A DNA stretch of 64,000 nucleotides, from positions 1 to 64,000 of the IMG/VR virus record IMGVR_UViG_3300047558_000137. The stretch is one strand, 5' to 3'. Under the pieces are notes generated by a model, which was not told the DNA's origin, ran no database searches, and worked only from the letters and a program-made list of their open reading frames with translations. The position numbers were made by a program, and so were the translations under genes. Positions 56,159 to 64,000 of this stretch are shown here, in pieces (positions within the stretch are counted from its first letter, which is position 1; each line of letters starts with the position of its first letter).

Positions 56159-56470
56159 ATGAAAGTTCAAACTAAAACCGGTTACATCCACAAAGGCAAC
56201 TACGGTGCTGAATACACTGCCGATGGCGAAGTAATTGCCAAAGCCCGTGTCAAGTCCGGCAAGCGTGGTCGTCCTGCTAAAGTAGAAGCACCTGCTTTCT
56301 GCACTAACATTACTAACGATCTGTTTGGTCGTGTCCCACTTACTGCCCCATCGGGCATCAAAGGTCGTGTTGTTATTGGTAAGGCCAGCGCCAACGCTGT
56401 CTACGCTGATGACACCGAAGAATTGGTTGTAGACGAAGTCTTCAGCCCGTTCAAAACCGTTAACAGCTGA
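56159..56470 (+). CDS. Hypothetical early protein (KRGRP AT-hook-like motif)
   Basis: TAAGGA Shine-Dalgarno before ATG 56159. Confidence 0.65.
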   Translation: MKVQTKTGYIHKGNYGAEYTADGEVIAKARVKSGKRGRPAKVEAPAFCTNITNDLFGRVPLTAPSGIKGRVVIGKASANAVYADDTEELVVDEVFSPFKTVNS

Positions 56471-56564
56471 AAATAATTTTGTTCACGCAAAAATTAAATT
56501 CAAATCTGTTATACAATAGAGACTCACTAGTTTTAACAACAGCAATTTTTTTAAGGAGTTCCAA

Positions 56565-57665
56565 ATGGCTGTGACTGAGCATCGTTCCGTAACCCCCCAC
56601 GAGGCACGTAGCCGTGTCCTTCGTGCATTTAAAAACAAGCGTCCCGTGTTCCTGTGGGGCCCTCCAGGTATTGGTAAATCCGAGCTTATCCAAGGTTTGA
56701 CCAATGATCTTGGTGGTGCATGTATTGACGTGCGCTTGGGCCAATGTGAGCCAACTGACTTGCGTGGTATTCCTTATTTTGATCGCGACAAAGGCGTGAT
56801 GAATTGGGCACCTCCAATTGACTTGCCAAGCGAAGAATTTGCTAGCAAGTATCCGATCGTTGTTTTGTTCTTGGATGAAATGAACTCGGCTGCTCCTGCT
56901 GTGCAAGGCGCCGCATATCAACTTATCTTGAACCGACAAGTTGGTACTTATAAGTTGCCTGACAACGTTGTTATGGTTGCCGCTGGTAACCGTGAAAGCG
57001 ACAAAGGTGTTTCTTATCGTATGCCTAGCCCACTGGCTAACCGTTTCGTTCACTTGGAAGTGCGTCAAGACTTTGACTCATGGTTCAATTGGGCTGTTAA
57101 CAACAACATCCACAAGGACGTTGTAGGTTACATTGGTTTTGCCAAGCAAGATTTGTTTGACTTTGATCCAAAGTCTGCAAGCCGTGCGTTTGCTACACCA
57201 CGTACTTGGACATTCGTGTCTGACTTCTTGTACGACGACGATGCTACTGATGCAGAGTTGACTGACTTGATCGCTGGTACTGTTGGCGAAGGTTTGGCAG
57301 TTAAGTTTATGGCTCACCGCAAGGTTGCAGGCCAAATGCCTAACCCTACTGACGTGTTGAGTGGCAAAGTAACTGAGTTGAAAGTTAAAGAAGTGTCTGC
57401 CATGTACTCTTTGACTATTAGCTTGTGCTACGAATTGCAAGAGCAATACAAGAAGTTGGGCAAGGACAAGATTGCAGATTGGCACAAACAAGCTGACAAT
57501 TTCCTGAGCTTTATGATGAACAACTTCAGCACTGAGTTGGTTGTGATGGGTGCTCGTGTTGCACTTACCACATACAACTTGCCAATGGTGCCTGGCAAAA
57601 TGCCGAACTTTGACGAGTTCCACAAGCGTTTTGGCAAGTACATCATTGCCGCAAGTGGCAAGTAA
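56565..57665 (+). CDS. MoxR-like AAA+ ATPase
   Basis: GPPGIGKS, LFLDEMN, AAGN, PLANRF, TPRTW. Confidence 0.9.
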   Translation: MAVTEHRSVTPHEARSRVLRAFKNKRPVFLWGPPGIGKSELIQGLTNDLGGACIDVRLGQCEPTDLRGIPYFDRDKGVMNWAPPIDLPSEEFASKYPIVVLFLDEMNSAAPAVQGAAYQLILNRQVGTYKLPDNVVMVAAGNRESDKGVSYRMPSPLANRFVHLEVRQDFDSWFNWAVNNNIHKDVVGYIGFAKQDLFDFDPKSASRAFATPRTWTFVSDFLYDDDATDAELTDLIAGTVGEGLAVKFMAHRKVAGQMPNPTDVLSGKVTELKVKEVSAMYSLTISLCYELQEQYKKLGKDKIADWHKQADNFLSFMMNNFSTELVVMGARVALTTYNLPMVPGKMPNFDEFHKRFGKYIIAASGK

Positions 57666-57670
57666 GGTTT

Positions 57671-57722
57671 CCTGCTAGTCACAGGCCGGAGGCAGGTAGC
57701 AATACCGTAAGTCCTCCTTTTT
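57671..57722 (+). terminator. Structured intergenic element, terminator-like
   Basis: GGAGG...CCTCC stem enclosing a GGTA-GCAA-TACC tetraloop hairpin, followed by TTTTT. Confidence 0.45.
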
Positions 57723-57725
57723 GTT

Positions 57726-58049
57726 ATGAAAAAATTCATACTTCAAAAGCTAGACTCTAGACATCATGGTAGTGCTTGGTTCACTCACAGAGTTGAGGTA
57801 CTAGGCAGCATGGAAACCAAAGCACAGATGTTACATACGGTTCGTATTTGGTGTTGGGAGACATTTGGTCCAAGTTGCGAACTAGATTATCTCAATGATT
57901 GCTACAAGGAACCCGTTGATCCAACAGTAAAAAAGTATCCATGGGATCTTGGTATAACTGTAGACTGGGCTTGGCGTGTTGATGATCGACGTATGTTTGT
58001 ATATCTTAGAAATTCTGCACTAACACATTTTCAATTGAAATGGATGTAA
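57726..58049 (+). CDS. Hypothetical protein
   Basis: 107-aa ORF. Confidence 0.65.
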   Translation: MKKFILQKLDSRHHGSAWFTHRVEVLGSMETKAQMLHTVRIWCWETFGPSCELDYLNDCYKEPVDPTVKKYPWDLGITVDWAWRVDDRRMFVYLRNSALTHFQLKWM

Positions 58050-58050
58050 T

Positions 58051-58509
58051 ATGGAACAAGAACAAAGTATTGAAGAAGAAGTTCTACTAGAATTTCGACG
58101 CTTTCCAGCTGAAAAGCAAGAGCAAGTTCGTGCCCTAGTTAACTATGCAACTCTAATGGGACTCAACGGTAAGGACCTGGTTAGCATTGGTGGCAAACTT
58201 GATCGGATCAAGACCAAGCAAGAAACTGAGCGTAACCGCACAATCGTGCGTTCTATGAAACTACGTACTATCGGCAACGATCGTAACTGCTACACTCGTT
58301 GGGCGTATACCACAGCAGATGGCACAATCTATCACTTTAGTAACGCTCAGTGGAGCGATGTTAAAGTCACTAACACTAAAACTAAAGTGGTTGCCCGTGT
58401 ATCTTATTCTAACGACAAATATCCCGTTGGCCGTTGGAGTTGGATGGGAAACCGTGCTATAGCAAATGTAATGCTTAATGTTTACCATGGCGATACTAAA
58501 TTGCCCTGA
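58051..58509 (+). CDS. Hypothetical protein
   Basis: 152-aa ORF. Confidence 0.7.
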   Translation: MEQEQSIEEEVLLEFRRFPAEKQEQVRALVNYATLMGLNGKDLVSIGGKLDRIKTKQETERNRTIVRSMKLRTIGNDRNCYTRWAYTTADGTIYHFSNAQWSDVKVTNTKTKVVARVSYSNDKYPVGRWSWMGNRAIANVMLNVYHGDTKLP

Positions 58510-58562
58510 GAATTTAATTCAAAAATCGTGTATAATATACATATCACAACAAGGAGTATTCT

Positions 58563-59834
58563 ATGTCTGACAGCACCCTAGCAGAAAAAGCTAAAAAAGT
58601 AACAGAAACTGATCCTAAGATCGACGCATCAGCTAAAGAAAAGCTGATTACTGCTCGTATCGGTTTGCTGTTGAAAGCACCGTTCTTTGGTAACTTGGCC
58701 ACCCGCATGAAGTTGGTTAATGCTGACGCATGGTGCCCTACTGCCGCAACAGACGGACGCACCTTCTATTACAACAGCGTGTTTGTTAATAACATGCCGT
58801 TGAAGCAGGTTGAGTTCTTGGTTGGTCACGAAGTGCTACACGCAGTTTATGACCACATGGGACGCCGCGGTGACCGTGATCCAAAAATTTGGAACATTGC
58901 AGACGACTTCTGCGTTAACAGTGACTTGATTGACCAACGTGTTGGCGAAAAGATTACTGTTGTGCCTATGTTGTATGATCCAAAGTACAAAGGTATGTCA
59001 GCTGAAGAAGTGTATCAAGACTTGATGGATAATGCTAACAAGGTTGACATCAACAAGTTGGCTCAACAAGTTTTGGACCAGCACTTGGATGGCAATGGCG
59101 ACAGCGATGGTGAAGGCGGCGATGGCCAAGATGGCAACGGTCCTCCTAAACTGAGCAAAGAAGAACGTGACGCTATCCGCGACGAGATCAAAGAAGCTAC
59201 CCTGCAGGCCGCACAGGCTGTGGGTGCAGGTAACTTGCCTGGTAACGTGCGCCGCATGATCAAGGACTTGACTGAGCCACAGATTAGTTGGAAAGAACTG
59301 TTGGAGCAACAAATCCAAAGTACTATTAAGAACGACTACACCTTTGCTCGTCCAGGTCGTAAGAGCTGGCACATGGATGCAATTTTGCCCGGTCTCAAGC
59401 CAGGCGAAACAATTGATATCTTTATTGGTATTGATACATCTGGTTCTATTTCTAGCAATGACTTGAAGATCTTCTTTAGCGAGATCCAAGGTATCATGGA
59501 TTCTTACACAGAATACAAGATCAAGGTTGTTGGTTGGGACACTGAAATCGGCGGCATTGGCGAGTTCACAAGCGAGAACATGGAAGATATCTGCAACTTC
59601 GACCCTAAGGGTGGTGGTGGCACTGATCCAATGTGCGTTTGGGAATATCTCAAAGAGCAAGGCGAAGAGCCTAAGAAGCTGATCATGTTTACTGACTACT
59701 GCTTCTTTGGTTGGGATCCAGACAGCGTTGCAGACTACTGCGATACAGTTTGGATTATCAAAGGTAACCCTAGTGCCGAACCCGAGTTTGGTATTTGGGC
59801 ACACTACGAAGAAGAAAAGCAAAAGGGCAAGTAA
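58563..59834 (+). CDS. VWA-domain / putative metallopeptidase (DUF2201-like), MoxR partner
   Basis: TAATDGR, HEVLH (HExxH), DTSGS MIDAS, GGGGTD, FTD. Confidence 0.88.
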   Translation: MSDSTLAEKAKKVTETDPKIDASAKEKLITARIGLLLKAPFFGNLATRMKLVNADAWCPTAATDGRTFYYNSVFVNNMPLKQVEFLVGHEVLHAVYDHMGRRGDRDPKIWNIADDFCVNSDLIDQRVGEKITVVPMLYDPKYKGMSAEEVYQDLMDNANKVDINKLAQQVLDQHLDGNGDSDGEGGDGQDGNGPPKLSKEERDAIRDEIKEATLQAAQAVGAGNLPGNVRRMIKDLTEPQISWKELLEQQIQSTIKNDYTFARPGRKSWHMDAILPGLKPGETIDIFIGIDTSGSISSNDLKIFFSEIQGIMDSYTEYKIKVVGWDTEIGGIGEFTSENMEDICNFDPKGGGGTDPMCVWEYLKEQGEEPKKLIMFTDYCFFGWDPDSVADYCDTVWIIKGNPSAEPEFGIWAHYEEEKQKGK

Positions 59835-60025
59835 TGCGAAGCATTGCTATTGTAGTGTTAGGCTTAACCTTAGGGTTTTGCCTATCACATTTTCTTCTAC
59901 CACAAAAAGGTCGGTACTATGATTGCAGTATTTCAGAAATTAGTCCCGACTATACGACAGAAGTTCGACAAGAATGTCGGAAAGTCCAATCAGAAAAGAT
60001 AATTAATAGTACAATACAAAAGTAA
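59834..60025 (+). CDS. Small membrane-anchored hypothetical protein
   Basis: N-terminal TM, YYDCSISEISPD...ECRK. Confidence 0.6.
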   Translation: MRSIAIVVLGLTLGFCLSHFLLPQKGRYYDCSISEISPDYTTEVRQECRKVQSEKIINSTIQK

Positions 60026-60035
60026 AGGAACTATT

Positions 60036-60278
60036 ATGGAAATCGAAACAGCGGCAGAATTTTTGGTAGGCAGTATATTGTTTGGCATAGGCTTTTGCAT
60101 CATTGCAGTCGGCCTAGTTGTTGTAAACAATATATTCCACAAATATTGGAAACCTGTTACAATATGGTTACCAAAGTATATGGATCAAACTCAGTCAACT
60201 CGTTTTGCAACAGACGAAGAAATGGCTAAGATTGCTCCAACTATGGACCCAGACCCTTCTTCATCAACTAAACGTTAA
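60036..60278 (+). CDS. Small membrane protein
   Basis: One TM, AAGGA Shine-Dalgarno. Confidence 0.65.
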   Translation: MEIETAAEFLVGSILFGIGFCIIAVGLVVVNNIFHKYWKPVTIWLPKYMDQTQSTRFATDEEMAKIAPTMDPDPSSSTKR

Positions 60279-60289
60279 AGGACGTAAAA

Positions 60290-60634
60290 ATGTCAAATGA
60301 ACTGCTCGACGATATGCGTATGACTCCCGAACAGGAGATGGAACATATCAAAGAACATTGCGAGAACGCACCAGCTGATTACTTTACTGCGGTAAAACGC
60401 ATTATGGAAATCGAAATGCGTCTTGAAGATCTTGCCCGTGCTGCCGAGCTGGCAGAAATTACAGGTCAGATTAATATGATCGAGAGCTTTCGTAAGCAGG
60501 CAGAAGAAAGCCTGCAAAACAAAATGACTATCAAGCGTGAAGCCAATGGTGACATGAAGCTCACTGTTGTTACAGGTCAACTTGACCCCGCGTTGGCCGG
60601 CCAACTTGGCAACCAACAACCACAACCTATCTAA
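60290..60634 (+). CDS. Hypothetical protein
   Basis: AAGGA Shine-Dalgarno, acidic helical protein. Confidence 0.65.
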   Translation: MSNELLDDMRMTPEQEMEHIKEHCENAPADYFTAVKRIMEIEMRLEDLARAAELAEITGQINMIESFRKQAEESLQNKMTIKREANGDMKLTVVTGQLDPALAGQLGNQQPQPI

Positions 60635-60643
60635 GGAGACAAT

Positions 60644-61336
60644 ATGTTTGCAACAAGCGTTTATCGCGATGCCCCGGCAATCAACGCCGCTATGGGCCGT
60701 GTTTATTTTCATATGATGTGTGCTGTACTGACTAGTATGATTGTTAGTTATGTTATTGGCACTACACCTGCACTTGCACAGTTCTTCCTAACTGGTGCAA
60801 TGCACTGGGTGGTAGTTTTTGCTCCACTTGTGTTTATTTTTATTGTGCCAATTATCCTAAACAGTAATCCGCCTGCACCGATTGCAGTAGGAACGCTTCA
60901 TGCCTTTGCTGGGTTAATGGGGTTAAGCCTTAGTGCTATTTTTATTGTCTATGCAATGACTAGCATCTTTACTGCGTTTATGGGTGCGGCTGTGTTGTTT
61001 GGTGTAATGAGCTTTTATGGTTACTTCACTAAGCGTAGTTTAGAAGGCATGGGCAGTTTCTTGTTTGTTGGATTAATTGCGATTATCATTGCCAGCGTTA
61101 TCAACATCTTTGTTGGTAGCACAGTAATGCAAATGGTCATCAGTGCTATTGCAATTCTAATCTTCTTGGGATTTACTGCATACGATACACAACAAATTCG
61201 CGAAGCTGTGAGTGTGCAAGGTGACGACTGGATGGCAGTTGAAATTATGGGTGCGTTGCAACTGTATCTTGACTTCATCAACTTGTTTGTTAACTTGCTA
61301 CAACTTATTGGAGTCGCTCCAGGCAACGACGACTAA
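60644..61336 (+). CDS. Bax inhibitor-1 / YccA family membrane protein
   Basis: About seven TM segments, FTAYDTQQI, ALQLYLDFINLF. Confidence 0.9.
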   Translation: MFATSVYRDAPAINAAMGRVYFHMMCAVLTSMIVSYVIGTTPALAQFFLTGAMHWVVVFAPLVFIFIVPIILNSNPPAPIAVGTLHAFAGLMGLSLSAIFIVYAMTSIFTAFMGAAVLFGVMSFYGYFTKRSLEGMGSFLFVGLIAIIIASVINIFVGSTVMQMVISAIAILIFLGFTAYDTQQIREAVSVQGDDWMAVEIMGALQLYLDFINLFVNLLQLIGVAPGNDD

Positions 61337-61337
61337 T

Positions 61338-61631
61338 ATGCTAAAGCACAACGAAGCAAATCCGTTGAGCGTACATCAAATGCGGGAGGTAAGTCATTTA
61401 CCCCCGCATTTTACTCGAGTGTTCTTTACTCTGAGTACGCAACCTAAAAACATTTCCGATTGGATTTGGGAAAATCTAGAAGGGCGTTTTTACTACGGTG
61501 ACTTTTATTCTGAAAAAGAAGGTGGCGCAATCGATGTACAAAAAGTAGTGGCTTTTGAGTACCCCGGCGAAGCCAGCTTATTTGCGCTTATATTAGATAC
61601 CATTAATACCTACTCCGAAGAAGTATTCTAA
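61338..61631 (+). CDS. Hypothetical protein
   Basis: ATG 61338 directly after the YccA stop; the track start is an upstream extension. Confidence 0.65.
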   Translation: MLKHNEANPLSVHQMREVSHLPPHFTRVFFTLSTQPKNISDWIWENLEGRFYYGDFYSEKEGGAIDVQKVVAFEYPGEASLFALILDTINTYSEEVF

Positions 61632-61688
61632 AAAATTTTTCCTTGATTCAATCTGGTCGTAAATATATACATAGTTTACGGAGATACT

Positions 61689-61919
61689 ATGTCAGACCAG
61701 ACAACAGAACAAGCAACAGCACAACAGCCACAGCTACAATTAGCTGACTTATTGGCTTGCATCCAAATTATTCAGGTTGCAAGCCAACGTGGTGCTTTTA
61801 AAGCAGAAGAATTCACTCAAATTGGTGGCGTACATGATCGCATCATGGGCTTCTTAAAAGCCAGTGGCGCACTCAAAACAGAAGCCCCAGCTGATGAATC
61901 GGCAACACCAGCTGAATAA
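61689..61919 (+). CDS. Hypothetical protein
   Basis: GGAG Shine-Dalgarno; GTAAATA motif upstream; ASQRGAFKAEE. Confidence 0.7.
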   Translation: MSDQTTEQATAQQPQLQLADLLACIQIIQVASQRGAFKAEEFTQIGGVHDRIMGFLKASGALKTEAPADESATPAE

Positions 61920-61931
61920 AAGGAAAAATAA

Positions 61932-62630
61932 ATGATTAAACATGTAGGTAAACACAATAACAAACGTATCGTTTTGTTATGGCGCCGTGTTCCAAATGAA
62001 GGCCATATGGCACTAGTTGTCTATAGTGACACATTGCCACGTATGATCCACGACGAAGTTATGCGTCAATTAGAAAGTCCGGTTGGCCAAAACGCCAAAG
62101 AACTCAGTGACGTATTATTCCGTACAGTAATGGCCGATGGTCGTAATGCTTTAGAAGTATTGCACCGTGAAGGCTTTATTAAGAAAGTTCCTACTAGCCA
62201 AGTGTTAATTACACCAACTAGTAAGAGCACAGTTCGTTTAGATGAACTCAACGACATCTTAGACGAAATGGAAAAGGGTGAAGAAGCCGTTAAACGTTTA
62301 CAAGACATTGATAAAAACTCTGGTATGCAAACCAAGAAGCGTGTTCGTGAAGGCCGCGAAGTTGGTATGCCACCAAACAATCAAAGTCTAAGTAGAACCA
62401 ATGTTGATGTTAACGCTACTGATAGTGCGGCAGCATATCTAAAGGGCGCTTTAAGCGACAGTGATCTTGCAGAACAGCGCAAGAGCCAAGCTGAACAAAT
62501 GAAGCGTCAGGCCGAGCAGTTACTTGCTGAAGCCAAGAGATTAGAAACTGAAGCAAATGAACTATCACCTGCAAATGTCAAAACAACAAGAGCCAAAAAA
62601 GCCCCGAAGACAAAAAAGCAAGAGGCTTAA
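61932..62630 (+). CDS. Hypothetical protein with C-terminal coiled coil
   Basis: 232 aa, AAGGA Shine-Dalgarno. Confidence 0.75.
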   Translation: MIKHVGKHNNKRIVLLWRRVPNEGHMALVVYSDTLPRMIHDEVMRQLESPVGQNAKELSDVLFRTVMADGRNALEVLHREGFIKKVPTSQVLITPTSKSTVRLDELNDILDEMEKGEEAVKRLQDIDKNSGMQTKKRVREGREVGMPPNNQSLSRTNVDVNATDSAAAYLKGALSDSDLAEQRKSQAEQMKRQAEQLLAEAKRLETEANELSPANVKTTRAKKAPKTKKQEA

Positions 62631-62922
62631 TTTAAATAAAAGAGAACAATGGGAGCGATTACTCAAGGAAGTTAATACTGAGTACGCACCCATTGGTGTT
62701 ATTTTATTCTTAACAGTTAACTTAAAAGACGGAACTAAGGTCGAAGTTAACATAGCCGAAATGCTCGAAGACGGTGCCGATCCTGAAGTGATCGAAAACA
62801 TCGTCACCAAGAAACTAAATGAACTAGATCACATTATTAGTGACGTTGACTTTCATATCAGCGTTGATAGTGTTGCAAAGACAGTTCAACCCTTTACCGA
62901 TCAACTTTTAAGAGACTTATGA
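62575..62922 (+). CDS. Hypothetical protein
   Basis: Overlaps the upstream gene end; stop overlaps the DHFR start. Confidence 0.65.
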   Translation: MSKQQEPKKPRRQKSKRLNLNKREQWERLLKEVNTEYAPIGVILFLTVNLKDGTKVEVNIAEMLEDGADPEVIENIVTKKLNELDHIISDVDFHISVDSVAKTVQPFTDQLLRDL

Positions 62923-63428
62923 TTAACGCCTTATTCGCCGTAGACAGTTACGGCGGAATGGGGTTTAATGGTACAATGCCATGGCCTCACAATTCCGCTG
63001 ACTTACAAAATTTTAAATCTTTAACAATGGGACATGTTGTTGTCATGGGTCGTAAGACTTGGTCTGACAAAAACTTACCAAAGCCCTTATTAGGAAGAAC
63101 AACTTACGTTGCTACGAACAAACCGTTCTTACCATACACATCAACTATTTCTGGAGATTTAAAAACAGAAATTCTTAAACTAGAAGACCTACACCGAGAC
63201 AAAATTATTTGGGTCATTGGCGGTCCTGAAGTATTAGAACAATGTGATGGAATTTTTGATCGTTTATATTTGACTCACTACAAAGGATCGTATAAAATAG
63301 ATACTAAGTTAAATCTAAAAAACTTTTTATCTGGGTGGAGTCAAAAGACAGCCACAGCAGATCCTAAAACAAATTTTACAACAGTGGTATATGAAAGTTT
63401 ATTTAAACGCACTTCAAGAAGTTCTTAA
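62919..63428 (+). CDS. folA: Dihydrofolate reductase
   Basis: GMGFNGTMPW, DL..FK, VVMGRKTW, PLLGR, WVIGG. Confidence 0.93.
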   Translation: MINALFAVDSYGGMGFNGTMPWPHNSADLQNFKSLTMGHVVVMGRKTWSDKNLPKPLLGRTTYVATNKPFLPYTSTISGDLKTEILKLEDLHRDKIIWVIGGPEVLEQCDGIFDRLYLTHYKGSYKIDTKLNLKNFLSGWSQKTATADPKTNFTTVVYESLFKRTSRSS

Positions 63429-64000
63429 TAATGGAACCGTTAAGCAAGATCGAACTGGCACTGGAACTATTAGTCAATTTGGTATGCAACAGAGATATAA
63501 TCTTGCAGAATCCTTTCCAGCGGTTACAACTAAAAAACTAGCCTGGAAATCTGTTGTATCAGAGTTGCTGTGGTTCATTGAAGGTTCAGGAGATGAAAAG
63601 CGGTTGCGAGAGATATTACATGGTAGCACCGAGTCTAGCAAGACGACTATCTGGACTGCAAATGCCACAGCACCTTATTGGCAACCTAAGGCCAAATACG
63701 AAGGAGACTTAGGTCGTGTATATGGAGTACAATGGCGCAAGTGGCGCACTCCAGTAGAACACAAACAAGAAACATTTAAAGATGATTTTGGTAGCACATA
63801 CAGTAGAGATGGATATGTGCATTTTAAAGAAGTCGATCAACTAAAGTCGTTGATTGAGGGTATTAAAGCAGACCCACACGGACGAAGACACATATTGACA
63901 GCGTGGAACCCCGGAGAATTAGAACTCATGGCTCTGCCCCCGTGTCATTGCTTTTCACAGTTTTATGTTAGTGCAGATGGCCGACTAAGTTGCCAAATGT
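63391..64000 (+). CDS. thyA: Thymidylate synthase (3' end runs off the window; absent from the ORF track)
   Basis: Manual translation: DRTGTGT, FPAVTTKK, ELLWFI, LGRVYGVQWR, RRHILTAWNP, ALPPCH. Confidence 0.95.
   Translation, partial: MKVYLNALQEVLNNGTVKQDRTGTGTISQFGMQQRYNLAESFPAVTTKKLAWKSVVSELLWFIEGSGDEKRLREILHGSTESSKTTIWTANATAPYWQPKAKYEGDLGRVYGVQWRKWRTPVEHKQETFKDDFGSTYSRDGYVHFKEVDQLKSLIEGIKADPHGRRHILTAWNPGELELMALPPCHCFSQFYVSADGRLSCQM

Noticed and set aside
56941-57126. +1-frame ORFs in early genes (also 59707-59922)
   Set aside because: These genes lack NTA codons throughout (TTG/CTG/GTT usage), so an open +1 frame is expected; TTG starts without Shine-Dalgarno.
58998-59822. 274-aa antisense ORF, and similar ones at 57078-57623, 42505-42984 and 60293-60712
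   Set aside because: Mirror ORFs opposite strongly codon-biased genes; no RBS or recognisable motifs.
1-64000. Stop-codon reassignment
   Set aside because: Long intact ORFs under code 11; TAG and TGA both end genes at coupled junctions (848, 39155, 51646).
63391-64000. Group I intron in thyA
   Set aside because: Frame is continuous through the PPCH motif to the window end; an insertion further downstream cannot be excluded.
1-64000. CRISPR array, tRNA or rRNA genes
   Set aside because: No regularly spaced repeats or cloverleaf-like sequence; intergenic gaps are mostly too short.

Overview
A 64 kb segment of an AT-rich jumbo myophage with distant T4-like genes, read in standard code 11 (genes end in TAA, TAG and TGA). 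Layout: (1) 1-6976, minus strand: two radical SAM genes, gp46/gp47 (SbcC/SbcD-like) separated by a free-standing HNH endonuclease, a sulfotransferase-like gene and a gp55-like late sigma factor. (2) 7100-36869, plus strand: baseplate and tail module (gp48/54-, gp53-, gp27-, gp5-, gp25-, gp6-like genes, a 3753-aa protein, several tail fibres). (3) 36933-55479: an 18.5 kb enzyme cluster of glycosyltransferase-like genes, five twitch/radical SAM genes, three SGNH-like genes, an epimerase-like gene, a carbamoyltransferase, an oxygenase-like gene and an APS-kinase/nucleotidyltransferase fusion. (4) 55609-64000: early-type genes (MoxR AAA + VWA/metallopeptidase, YccA/BI-1), then DHFR and thymidylate synthase. 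Main unexplained signal: about a dozen same-strand +1-frame ORFs nested wholly inside conserved genes. Many have a well-spaced Shine-Dalgarno sequence and many encode small 1-2 TM proteins. They coincide with sharp patches where host-gene synonymous codons avoid +1 stops, which suggests a hidden overprinted gene layer. No tRNA, rRNA, CRISPR array or reverse transcriptase was recognised. All family assignments come from motifs read by eye, not database searches.
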